Assembly: GCF_006345805.1 (NCBI RefSeq)
Contig: NC_043004.1
Coordinates: forward strand, 69,006,001-69,070,000
Length of the DNA stretch: 64,000 nucleotides
Reading direction: 5' to 3'
From: Octopus sinensis
Taxonomy: Eukaryota
Shown here: one piece after another, positions 1 to 11,584 of the stretch
Position numbering within the stretch: position 1 is the stretch's first letter
Layout: each line of letters starts with the position of its first letter
The notes under the pieces: generated by a model
What the model saw: the letters and a program-made list of their open reading frames with translations, nothing else
Database searches by the model: none
Told to the model about the DNA's origin: nothing
Made by a program: the position numbers and the translations under genes

Positions 1-178
1 TAGCACGGGACGCCAGTTTGTCGCAGAATTATTCATTGTAACCAGTTGAATGGACAGGAGCAACGTAAAATGAAGTTTTTTTACTCTAAAACACAACACT
101 TCGCTTGATCCAGGAATCGAAACCACAGTCTTACGATCATGAGTACATCACCCTAATCATTAAGCCATATGCGCCTCA
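1..178 (-). mobile_element. CORE-like tRNA SINE family F, partial; second copy ~25505-25672 (-)
   Basis: GGA.CAACGT.AAATGAAGT block plus a tRNA-like head (reverse complement CCAGGAATCGAAACC...TAAGCCA) in both copies. Confidence 0.7.
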
Positions 179-197
179 TACATCATATATGATACAT

Positions 198-581
198 GTG
201 GAGGCGCAATGGCCCAGTGGTTAGGGCAGCGGACTCGCGGTCATAGGATCGCGGTTTCGATTCCCAGACCGGGCATTGTGAGTGTTTATTGAGCGAAAAC
301 ACCTAAAGCTCCACGAGGCTCCGGCAGGGGATGGTGGTGATCCCTGCTGTACTCTTTCACCATAACTTTCTCTCACTCTTACTTCCTATTTCTGTTGTAC
401 CTGTATTTCAAAGGGCCGACCTTGTCACTTTCTGTGTTACGCTGAATATCCCCGAGAACTACGTTAAGGGTACACGTGTCTGTGGAGTGCTCAGCCACTT
501 ACACGTTAATTTCACGAGCAGGCTGTTCCGTTGATTCGGATAAACCGGAACCCTCGTCGTCGTAACCGACGGAGTGCTTCC
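198..581 (+). mobile_element. tRNA(Arg-like)-derived SINE family B
   Basis: Head GGAGGCGCAATGGCCCAGTGGTTAG...GGTTTCGATTCCC; 11-bp TSD ATATGATACAT (187-197, 582-592). Confidence 0.9.
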
Positions 582-763
582 ATATGATACATATTCCCTT
601 TTTTTTACCTCAAGTTCAAGAGTAACTTGAAACTTATGAACGGAAAGCTTTATATTACTCAGAACGTATGAAACAAGGATTAAATATCTGAAAACAAGCA
701 GGAACGTTTAGGACAAGCTCATGCAAATGCTTTAGACAAAGAGTTAGATAACAGAACACTTAC

Positions 764-852
764 ATGGAATTCTCGGCCTTTCAAATCTCGAACGACAACG
801 TGGTTACCTGATTGATCAATACTGACCACAGGATGTTCGAGTAAAACTTTAT
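764..852 (-). CDS. MAO: MAO exon 7b, 89 nt: DKVLLEHPVVSIDQSGNHVVVRDLKGREFH
   Basis: ctgtttcag acceptor, GTAAGT donor; aligns to [30 protein letters not shown]; 61+89=150 nt. Confidence 0.93.
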
Positions 853-1090
853 CTGAAACAGAACGAAAAGTCAATACGATATTATTTTGTTATCGTTAAA
901 TAGAAAACTTGTTAACACTGTCTTAAACTAGGATACCACATTAATTCCAAGAGCTATTTCAGCCCTCATCAGATTACTTTTGATCCTTTACACCACTGAT
1001 TCTCCACTATTTCTTCCTTTGGATCCCTTTGATTACAATTTTACTCTACTGGATCTTCATTGCCTTCTGGTGTTTTTAAAAAAATCCTAT

Positions 1091-1314
1091 TACTCTTTAC
1101 TCTTTTACTTGTTTCAGTCATTTGACTGCGGCCATGCTGGAGCACCGCCTTTAGTCGAGCAAATCGACCCCGGGACTTATTCTTTTGTAAGCCCAGTACT
1201 TATTCTATCGGTCTCTTTTGCCGAACCGCTAAATGACGGGGACGTAAACACACCAGCATCGGTTGTCAAGCAATGCTAGGGGGACACACACAGACACACA
1301 AACATATACACACA

Positions 1315-1400
<86 letters not shown>

Positions 1401-1578
1401 ATATACATATATACGACGGGCTTCTTTCATTTTCCGTCTACCAAATTCATTCACAAGGCATTGGTCGGCCCGGGGCTATAGCAGAAGACACTTGCCCAAG
1501 ATGCCACGCAGTGGGACTGAACCCGGAACCATGTGGCTGGTTAGCAAGCTACTTACCACACAGCCACTCCTGCGCCTA
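1091..1578 (-). mobile_element. tRNA-derived SINE family A, full length with expanded internal (TA)n
   Basis: Head GGCGCAGGAGTGGCTGTGTGGTAAG (A box) and GGTTCAGTCCC (B box), TAAAAGAG tail; many copies in the window; sits inside an older hAT-like MITE (~993-1741). Confidence 0.9.
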
Positions 1579-2378
1579 TTATATTTTTTAGTTAAATATT
1601 ATTAGGGATTGAATAAAAAAGAATTGTTAAAATACTTTGTGTTATTGTAGCAGTATAACCGATTTAAGGACATAAAATTTAGCAACAAGATCTTATATTG
1701 AAGGCCCAAGGATCATACGGACCCCGATTGAGAACCACTACTCTCTACAAACTTCTAGTGATAGATTCTCCGGCGATGAGCATTCAGTTGTTCAAGTAAT
1801 TGAATTTCTAACGCGATTCGCCCACCTACTCAGAGAGACTGGGTCTTGTAATTACAACTACTTACAATCTAAAGAAACAGAGAGAGAGGGGAGCAGATGG
1901 AGAGAGAGAGAGAGGAGGGATGGAGGAAGGGAGGAAGAGGGAGAGGGAGAGAGAGAAGGGGAGGAGAAGGGGTAGGGAGGGAGAGAAAGAGAGAATAACA
2001 GCTCTCATTACTTTATTGAGTCCAACATGAGGAAAATAAAGTTGACCCCAGTGTTATTCGAAATCATTGAACTGGAACTAATACCACGTGACACCACCAA
2101 TACACCGTCTTACAAAGTTCTAGTAAAACGTACAGTGGAATGCTAATTATGAGTATGTTACGGTAATGGTGTAACAGATAGACGTCTAGGAACATTATGT
2201 CTGTTAGTGATTGATTACCAATCAATCAAGTGGTTACTCTGTAGATGAGGTCCTGGATGTCTGTGTAAGTCACAGCGTATTGGCTGGAAAGAAATGAATA
2301 ACGAGATGAGGGACGCGCCTATCATCATACTACTCCTTAATCAGAATGATTTGATTAAAATGAAAAATAAAGACTTAC

Positions 2379-2439
2379 CCCCGAGATATTTTGCTATAGC
2401 TTTGCTGATCTGTTGAGAACCACCAACGAATTTCCTCTC
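2379..2439 (-). CDS. MAO: MAO exon 7a, 61 nt: ERKFVGGSQQISKAIAKYLG(G/D)
   Basis: ctttctccag acceptor, GTAAGT donor; ERKFVGGS follows NGGQ in MAOs. Confidence 0.94.
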
Positions 2440-2504
2440 CTGGAGAAAAGAAAGGTAAAATGTAATTAAGATGAATATTGTAATTAACAACATTAATTAT
2501 AACT

Positions 2505-2726
2505 AATGGTTTCAAATTTGGGCAGAAGGAAAGCTATTTCAGGGAAGGGGTTAAGTTGATTACATTGCCCCAGTACTCAAGTGGTACTTATTTTATCGAC
2601 CCTGGAAGAATGAAAGCCAAAGTCGACCTCGGCGGAATTTGAACTTAGAACATAAAGTCGGACGATATGCCGCTAAGCGTTTTGCTCGGCTTGCTATGCT
2701 AACAATACTGCCAATTCGCCACCTTA
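2505..2726 (-). mobile_element. Short tRNA-derived SINE family D; other copies at 54527-54745 (+), ~50200-50385 (+), ~47340-47475 (+), ~8700-8830 (+)
   Basis: AAGG(T/C)GGCGAG(T/C)TGGCAG head, GTTC(A/G)AATTCC B box, conserved CTTTCATCCTTTCGGGGTCGATAAAA.TAAGTACCAG core. Confidence 0.8.
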
Positions 2727-3436
2727 CCAAAATTATCAGTGATTATTATTATTTCTTTTAATGTGTGTACGCGCGCGCGTATTGGGCTTCCCCAGAATTT
2801 CTGTGTATCAAGTCCGCTCACAAGTTATTGCTTGGCTCGGGAAAATAAAAGACAGTTGCCCAAGGTGCCGCACAAAACGTCTGAACCCAAGACCATATGG
2901 CTGGAAAGCAAACTTGTTAACTACACAAGCATGTCATATTTGTTTGTAAGGATTAGCGTCGATGGTTATAGGTTTTCAAACAATAAACCTAATAACTGGG
3001 TCGCAGCATTTTCCGTAGCATGACTAACAAGGGAGTGTCTGTAACAAAATGCAAAACAAACATTGCAAAGTATTTCGTTCATGAAACATGATAGTCCGTT
3101 GCATGGACTCAGGTGTCAGCCGAGCACAGGATGAACCGACTTCAAGACATGCGAATATGAACCTCCGTCGCACGGACTCATGAGACAGCTGAGACAAGGA
3201 TGCATCGATTACGTGATAAACGGACAAGAGCTTCCACCATGAGAACACTAGAGACTCCACAGCAAAGGGAGCACAAACTGAGAAACATGAGAATCAGGCA
3301 AGCTGATATATGAAATGCATCTATACGAAGAAAGAGTAGTTGAATGCAACCTTGAATTACGATCTATCTTTTGCATACACTCTCGTTCCTTTAGTTCAAA
3401 TTGGTTGCATGAAGAAGCAATATATATATATATAAT

Positions 3437-3573
<137 letters not shown>

Positions 3574-4244
3574 TCAACTTGTGTGTCTGTGTGTTTAACT
3601 TTCCGGCACATCTCCTCCTAGCCAACAAATCGTAGAACCACCAAAAATGGGTCACTTAAAGTTTAGGCGAACGAAAATTGAACTGCGCTATTTCTGTTCC
3701 GAAATTCATCTCGCAAGTGCAAAAATCTATAATGCCTTATCCCATGCGTTAAATAGTGAACTTTACTCAGTCATCTGTTTGACGTGAACTGTGTTCACCA
3801 CGCGTGCAAGCATGCGTAAATTGCTTGAAAAATATAAAAAATCAAGATATAAAAATGAATCGCCGTAAACATTGTAGAAATTCGGCAAAGAAATGAATTT
3901 TCGGGATGTAGCCTGGAGGGTTTTTTCGTATTAATCGTTTGGACTTTGTGAACTCATACCAATTGTTTTCATAACATTTTTAACGCTTTGAATTAAATGT
4001 GACCATTTTGCGTTGAGTCTGCAGTTTGAATCACTTTAACCAAATTATAGCAGGCCGGATTTTTTATCATCACGATAGATCGCCAGCGACTCCCTGAAAC
4101 ACTCCCCTGAAATCCCCGTTGAGAAATCTATATATATAAAACTCAACTTGTGTGTCTGTGTGTGTATCTGTGTGTGTGTCTGTGTGTTTAACTTTTGGAT
4201 CTACCAAGTTTCATTATTAAGGATGGAGAGTAGTGTGTAGCAAA

Positions 4245-4617
4245 TCTATATATATAAAGCTGAAGTTATCTGTGTGTGGCAGGTTTGGTAGCCTTCAACT
4301 AACACTATCTCCTTCGAGACCCTGCAGCGCAAGTTGACCAAAATTGAGAGTATGATAGGAGAAGGCTTGCTCTTCGTTCTGTAGAAGATAAAATTCAAAT
4401 CGGACCATGTTAACACCAAAAATTGTTTACATCAAAAAGGTGCTTTTTTCTATGAAAATCCCTATTTTTTACGATTTTTGACTGCTGTGTCACTATTTTT
4501 CGGTGTATTTCAACTGGGAAAATGTTCACTTGAAGAGAATAACAATTTTGTTACATTTCAAAATTTCCAATTCTAAAGGGTCGAAACAAACCCAAGCAAC
4601 ACCGGGTGATACTGCTA

Positions 4618-4618
<1 letters not shown>
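4245..4618 (+). mobile_element. Non-autonomous Helitron
   Basis: A|TC start, 3' hairpin CCCAAGCAACACCGGG then CTAG|T. Confidence 0.85.
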
Positions 4619-4696
<78 letters not shown>

Positions 4697-4752
4697 GTTT
4701 AAATATTTGTTATGCAAGATTTTTTATGTGAAGTCGTGTGTTGAAACAGATA

Positions 4753-5294
4753 TTGTTATATTTCGGAATGGTCATTTTGCCAGTTTAGCCAATAAAAACA
4801 CACGCACTATATATTTGGTGTTATTTTGCTTCAGTGTTATTTATTTTTTACATTAATCTTAATCTTATTTCGGCCAGAGTTCTTTCGTCACACTCCTGTG
4901 ACCGCATCAGTGGTCCTTTGTTTTCTTCTTTCTTATTTGTGTCTCTCCTTACTAACCGTCAGTCATTTTGTATTTCTATTGTATGTCTTCATTTGCGCAT
5001 GCTTATATCTCACTAAATAAACATAAACGCACATAGAGATATAAGCATGCGCAAATGAAGACATACAATAGAAATACAAAATGACTGACGGTTAGTAAGG
5101 AGAGACACAAATAAGAAAGAAGAAAACAAAGGACCACTGATGCGGTCACAGGAGTGTGACGAAAGAACTCTGGCCGAAATAAGATTAAGATTAATGTAAA
5201 AAATAAATAACACTGAAGCAAAATAACACCAAATATATAGTGCGTGTGTTTTTATTGGCTAAACTGGCAAAATGACCATTCCGAATTATAACAA
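4753..5294. repeat. Near-perfect fold-back palindrome, 259-bp arms, 24-nt loop
   Basis: 4753-5011 is the reverse complement of 5036-5294 (one mismatch seen); this produces the twin ORFs 4826..5020(+) and 5003..5221(-). Confidence 0.95.
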
Positions 5295-5309
5295 CATATA
5301 TATATATAT

Positions 5310-5502
5310 ATTGTGAGGCTTTAAAATGGCAAAAACAAAAAACATAATTTGCCAACACATTATAAATTGCACCATAAAAATGCAGAAATCTGTTTTGATC
5401 AAAATGTATATCTATCTGGAAGATATGGTCAGACAGAATACAAAAAATTGAAATAGAGGCATTCTACTGTGAAAATTGCCCGACAACGGGCTACTCAGCT
5501 AG
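5310..5502 (+). mobile_element. Helitron 3' end of another family
   Basis: GCCCG-ACAA-CGGGC hairpin (5478-5491) followed by CTAG|T at 5499-5503. Confidence 0.65.
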
Positions 5503-5806
5503 TATATTATATTTTCACCTTTCTGTCTCTTGTTCCCGCCCTAGTGAAAGGGTTGGTTTTATCAAAAACAAACAACCAAAGTCGGGGGGGGGGCTGCTGC
5601 CGCCGCTAGGTGAGAGTGGGGTGGTGGGCCTTTGTTCAACAGGGTTGAGTAGAGATGCGAGGAGCGGCAGAATTGTTCAGGCGTCGGAAGACGATGTTTG
5701 AAAGTCTACACTACAGGCTTATACGATATACTACGTTAAGTATACTCAGGAAAACATGGTACCTCATAGAGGAAGGACACATCAACATTGATCAGTAAAT
5801 AAGTAC

Positions 5807-5948
5807 CTGGCCACCGTTAGTCGTACTGAAAATTCGGTTGGTACCACCACACTTCTGTACATAGTTGAGGAACCAGAGTAAAGAACATTCGTAAGGCTCA
5901 CATGTGACATTCACTTCGAGAAACAGTTCAGCGAATTCACGACATGTT
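5807..5948 (-). CDS. MAO: MAO exon 6 equivalent, 142 nt: [47 protein letters not shown]
   Basis: ttttgcag acceptor, GTACTT donor; LWFL.YV..CGG..RIFS.TNGGQ is diagnostic of MAO. Confidence 0.96.
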
Positions 5949-6019
5949 CTGCAAAACAAAGAGTGAGAATACGGAATGTAATACATTACTATATGAGTCT
6001 ATATATATACATGCATTCA

Positions 6020-6036
6020 TACAGATAGATAGATAG

Positions 6037-6125
<89 letters not shown>

Positions 6126-6184
6126 GATAGATGATGGATGGATGGATGGATGGATGGATGGATGGATGGATGGATGGATGGATG

Positions 6185-6223
<39 letters not shown>

Positions 6224-6235
6224 GGATGGATAGAT
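6020..6235. repeat. Compound (GATA)n-(GATG)n-(GATT)n microsatellite next to the exon 6 acceptor
   Basis: Read directly. Confidence 0.97.
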
Positions 6236-6503
6236 ATACATATTTATTTTCATCATGTTGAACCGTTAATTCCTGCACATTTTTCTTTCTCCATTTTTCC
6301 TTCGTTCTCTTTCCCTTTTTTCCCGCTCAACCGTGTCTGTGAGAGGGCGTAGGCTCGAAACGTCAAAGACACTTCCATTCTTCTCCAGCGCCAAACTAAT
6401 ACGTGTGCCTGTTGTTCCCTCACCTGTCTTCATCTTTCGTTTTCTATAAATTTGATCTATATATTTATGTATGTATATATGTCGGTGCGCATTTGAGTTA
6501 ATG

Positions 6504-6560
<57 letters not shown>

Positions 6561-6566
6561 GAGTTA

Positions 6567-6600
<34 letters not shown>

Positions 6601-6899
6601 CATATATCTACACACATGTATATATATGTATACATATATGCTTGTGTGTATGTGCATACATGTCTATCTATCTCTCTTTCTGTATCTATATACTTTTATC
6701 TTTTATCGTTTGTCTTATTTGTTTCATGGTGAGACTGTGGCCATGCTGGAGCACCACCTTGAGGAATATTTAGTCGAATGAATCAACCCCAGGACTATTT
6801 TTTCTAAGCCTGGTATTTATTCTGTTGGTGTCTTTTGCTGAACCGTTAAGTTACGGGGACGTAAACATACCAACAATACTCGCTTTTTTTTAGCTTTCC

Positions 6900-7080
6900 A
6901 AATGCAACCCTTCCCTTCCCCATTCGATAGTATATCTCCACCATCTCTTTACAGTGTGCTTCCAAGGTAAACAAAGGTGTCAATGACCTCCAACCTTATT
7001 CTATTCACAACGTTGTTTGGTCCAGAAAATGTTTGTCCTGCCGCGGGAGTAAACATTACTTTGCATTTCCCCAGACTAGG
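6900..7080 (-). mobile_element. Short RTE-type LINE fragment
   Basis: LEVIDTFVYLGSTL motif. Confidence 0.55.
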
Positions 7081-7094
7081 CATATAGATATATT

Positions 7095-7493
7095 TACTCT
7101 TTACTCTTTTACTCTTTTACTTGTTTCAGTCATTTGACCGCGGCCATGCTGGAGCACCGCCTATAGTCGAGCAAATCGACCCAGGGACTTATTCTTTGTA
7201 AGCCCAGTACTTATTCTATCGGTCTCTTTTGCCGAACCGCTAAGTGACGGGGACGTAAACACAATGCTAGGGGGACAAACACAGACACACAAACACACAC
7301 ACGCACACATATATATATACATATATACGACAGGCTTCTTTCAGTTTCCGTCTACCAAATCCACTCACAAGGCATTGGTCGGCCCGGGGCTATAGCAGAA
7401 GACACTTGCCCAAGATGCCACGCAGTGGGACTGAACCCGCAACCATGTGGTTGGTAAACAAGTTACTTACCACACAGCCACTCCTGCGCCTAT
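7095..7493 (-). mobile_element. SINE family A, full length
   Basis: High identity by eye to 1091-1578. Confidence 0.9.
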
Positions 7494-7691
7494 TTATATA
7501 TTTACAGAAGAGATTTTCATGGATTACAAAAATTACAGAAAACTAAGGAGGGGAGGCATAACATTTCATGTCGGTCAGCTGAAATCGGATGCAACGCTTT
7601 AGATCCTCTTAATTTGTGATCCTTTATCTTAGTCTCCATTTAACTCATTTATTTCCGCTCTTCTGTATTTTACTTCGTTGTTGCTCTAACC

Positions 7692-7898
7692 CAGTGCTTT
7701 TCAATCTTTTTGCTGGAGCGGAACCCCAAGGAAACATTCCACTGGCTCGGGGAACCCCTGTGTAATAATTTAATAGTCTTCTGCACAGGAGAATTAAAAA
7801 TTACTGCCGATTTTAGCAGTTTTGTAACTTCTTGCGGAACCCCTGGACTGTACTGGCGGAACCCTAAGGTTCCGCGAAACCCTGATTGAAAACCACTG
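7692..7898. mobile_element. hAT-type MITE
   Basis: TIRs CAGTGCTTTTCAA / TTGAAAACCACTG; perfect 8-bp TSD CTCTAACC (7684-7691, 7899-7906). Confidence 0.9.
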
Positions 7899-8342
7899 CT
7901 CTAACCTAATGATTCCCGACCCATTTTTTGACAATGGATCCCTTTCATTCCTGCTTTTTTTAAGTGGGTCTCATAACCATTTGTTGTTTCAAAAAATTCA
8001 TTATATCTTTATAATTTAGGTTTTATTAAGAATTATATGAAAAAAATGTTGAAATATTTTGTTTAATTTAGAAGTATAACTAATTTATTGCACATAATTT
8101 TTTACAGCAAAATCTTATATGGATCCCGAAGGGCCATATGGAACCTGGTTGGTTACCACTGTTCTAATCAATGACCTATTAACACACTTTTCACCGAGTT
8201 ATCTTCTCCGTTTCTATCCTTTATATTTCTTCCCCACCCCTATAAATTCTGAAACCTAATTTTTCAGTAACACAAATGTTTTCTCCCTCTTTTTCTCTCT
8301 CCACTTTTGCTCTCTCCCTATTTATATCCTCCCCCTCTCCCC

Positions 8343-8374
<32 letters not shown>

Positions 8375-9306
8375 TACACACACATGGGCGATGACTTCTA
8401 GAAATCCTGTTATTCACATCTCTCTACGTTATATGAACTGATCCAAATTTTGAAACTGATTGAAATTATTTTACCATTGCACAGCTCCAATAGTTGACAC
8501 AGATTCTGATTGTTCGTGTATTTCTGTAGTTTATTATTTCAAACGATCTAATTTCATCTTGCCTCTTATCTGTTCCACGATTTTCCTGATTTAAACTTCA
8601 CATAGAACTGAAATAATCTGTATCCCACTACTCACATTATCTCAACAACGAAATAACGAAAGAATTACTGTTGAGTTAAAGCGATGGACTGACAAAGTCG
8701 TTCGGGTGCTGCTAATTTGTTCTGACAGTCAGTGCTCTAAGTTAAAATCCAGCCAAAGTCAACTTTACCGATTATTCTTCCGGGGTCGGTTACAAAAGTA
8801 CCCGTCCACGACAGTTAACTGGCGGAACTGCCAGAGAGTTAGCCACGATATACTGAGGTACTTGTTCCATGATTTTTCGTTCTGACAGAAACGTTTATGA
8901 TGTCACTGGTGCCAAGCTGTATCGATCTAAGTCGACAGATTTTCCCTTGGAAAAAAAAACTATTGGTCCAGGACTCAGCATATAACTTTTATCTTTCACT
9001 AATTTCAGTAATTTGAGGTCGGCCATGCAGGAGCATGTATCGACTCCCGTATTTACGTTGCTAAAGTCTGGTACTTACTCTTTCGCCGAACTGCTAAGTC
9101 ACGGGGACGCAAACACACCAGCACTGGTTGTCAAGCGGAGGTGTGGTACACACACACGCACACATACACACACTCACACACACACATACACACACACATA
9201 TATATATATACATGTATATATATACATACATATATATATACATATATATACATATATATACACACACACACACACACATACACACACATACACACACATA
9301 TACACA

Positions 9307-9380
<74 letters not shown>

Positions 9381-9426
9381 TATATATATATAATATATAT
9401 ATAATATATATAAACGTATATATATA

Positions 9427-10393
9427 TAAAACACAGCGAAATGAAAATATTCGCTGATGACTCAAAGCTCCAGAAAATTATCACTGAAGAAGACCGAACT
9501 GGACTCCAGTCTGATCTACATCTTGTGAGACAAAAACAAAATGCAACTAAACGAGGGAAAATTTGAGCTGATGCATTTTGGAAGAAAGACTATGGTAAAA
9601 CAGCCATACTCTCTTCCTCCAGTGGAACCACTCACAGCATCTAATAATATCAGAAACCTACAAGTAATTATTGATAACAATCTCAGCTGGAGTGCCAACA
9701 CCAACAATAAGGTCGATATAGCTCCTGGATCCTAAGAACCCTCCGGTTAAGAGAACAAGGTGTCATCACTCCTCTTTTCTCATCCTTTATACGGCCACAC
9801 CTCGAATACTGCTTCCCCCCTGTGGTCTACTTATACAAAATATAACATCTCGAAAACTGATTCACTCCAGAGATCATTCACTAAAAGAATTAAGGACTGG
9901 TCTTGTTTATTGGGACCGCCTTAAAGCATTGAAAGTTTATTCTCTCCAGCGCCGCTGTGAGCGATGCAACATTCGCACAATTTGGAGAATATACCACCAG
10001 CATTACCCAACGACCTCAACATTAGCTTCAACATTCATCTAAGGCTAGGACCACGGGCCATACGTACACTGCCCAGTTCAGGATCACAATACATAAATAC
10101 ACCGCAACACAATTTCTTTTCCTCGGCAGACTATGCCCTATTTAATATTGTCCTGAAACAGATCAAAGAGGAAAAGGACCCCATCACCTTTAAACGGAAT
10201 CTGGACAAATTTCTTCAAGGAATACCAGATAAGCCACCTATAACCGAATACAACTCACTTAACAAGAATTCCCTACTCGAATAGACCATGATACCACAAA
10301 ACTTGACTCAAAAAGGATTTAGCTAATCCTATCAGGTAGTGCTATTAAGCTAGATAGAGCCTGGACCACTCTTTGGTCGAAACATAGCTAAGT

Positions 10394-10400
<7 letters not shown>
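9427..10400 (+). mobile_element. CR1/L2-type LINE 3' fragment
   Basis: KIFADDSKL RT motif; QLNEGKFELMH; RPHLEYC.P.W; TFKRNLDKFLQGIPDKP C-terminus, then 3' UTR running into (TA)n. Confidence 0.85.
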
Positions 10401-10457
<57 letters not shown>

Positions 10458-10668
10458 CATTATTAAATCTCAGAACGAGATGTAAACAGTAATCGCTCGA
10501 CAATGTAAAGTATAAAATTCATCACAATATGGCTAACCACAAAGGGGGGGGGTGTTACTGTAGCTTTTTAGCCCCAGGAGATCATCGTCTCCAGCTGGCT
10601 TTAGACACACTTTCTGTGCCCTTGAAGTATTTGCAAAGGGAGGCCATCCCTTCCTCGTAAGCCTGAGT

Positions 10669-10722
10669 GATACGCACCGGACCGGTTTCGAGATCATTGT
10701 CTCTTATCAACGGGCGGTAATC
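10669..10722 (-). ncRNA. Minimal type I hammerhead ribozyme, U3:A8 variant (GUC site, cut between 10680 and 10679)
   Basis: Minus strand CGCCCG-TTGATAA-GAGA(CAATGA)TCTC-GAAA-CCGG-TC-CGGTGCG; 6-bp helix I with one bulge; palindromic ACCGGT helix III. Confidence 0.72.
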
Positions 10723-11510
10723 ACCAGGTCACGATGAAAGACAAGGGCTGCTTTGCAAATATAAGAGTTTTTCTAGTGACGTCTGCCACTGATTTCGAAA
10801 AACTGACTGTAAGCATTATTAAATCTCAGAACGAGATTTAATAGCTCTGCCCGTGAAGTACATGTTCCTCATACGGCCTCTCATTCTAGACAGGTAAAAA
10901 AAAAGAGAGTCCAAACTAATATGGATTACAGTTTACCAGACATAAAATGGCTTAGCGTAGAACTAATATCCACAACCTAGAAAAAGAAAAAGTGACCGCA
11001 GCATCGATGACAATTCAAAAGGAAAAAGACCCGGGGGGGGGGAGGAATGCATTGCCTTGGAAAACATATGAATAAGGGATACAGGGGAGGAACTGTAAAG
11101 GAAGAGATTCCACTGAAAAGTAAAAGTCGGGAACAGTGGAGAAAGGGCATCGATAACGTTTGCTCCATAGGGACTCAAGGGCTTAAGTGCTTTGTTATAT
11201 ATTAGATCCCTTTATTAATGTCATAGTCCTCTTCATTTTGTTTCATATAAACTAGATTATCTGGTAAGAATTTCTAGGGCCATGCTTATTCATACATTGC
11301 TATCGTGTTTTGATTAGATTGTTTCTAAATTTTCGACTTCTTGCTTAGTACAGAATCATGACACTATATAACTACATATTCCTTCATTCTTTTATTCTTT
11401 TATAGCTCCATTTCTTTCAGAAATTGAACTACTGCCATACTGGGCACCATCTTGAATGTGTGTGTGTGTGTACCTGTGTGTGTGTGTGTGCCTCTGTGTG
11501 TGTGTGCCTC

Positions 11511-11581
<71 letters not shown>

Positions 11582-11584
11582 GCA

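Noticed and set aside
198-280. tRNA gene calls at SINE heads (also 18925 and 60881)
   Set aside because: They have A/B boxes but run on into a SINE body, with TSDs at two of the three copies and no proper acceptor stem.
590-690. Duplicated cryptic exon (TTGTTTTCAG...GTAAA) in the 590 and 49050 repeat copies
   Set aside because: The two candidate exons differ in length and phase and encode nothing recognisable; shared repeat ancestry explains the signals.
950-980. Minus-strand CTGATGA-GGGCT-GAAA-TAGC-TC hammerhead-like string
   Set aside because: Helix II cannot form from 5 nt and helix I does not pair.
2200-2293. Strong acceptor (TTTCTTTCCAG, AG at 2284-2285) 85 nt downstream of exon 7a
   Set aside because: In the required phase it reads A-N-T-L-stop; the true in-frame continuation is at 764-852. 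At most a cryptic NMD-type site.
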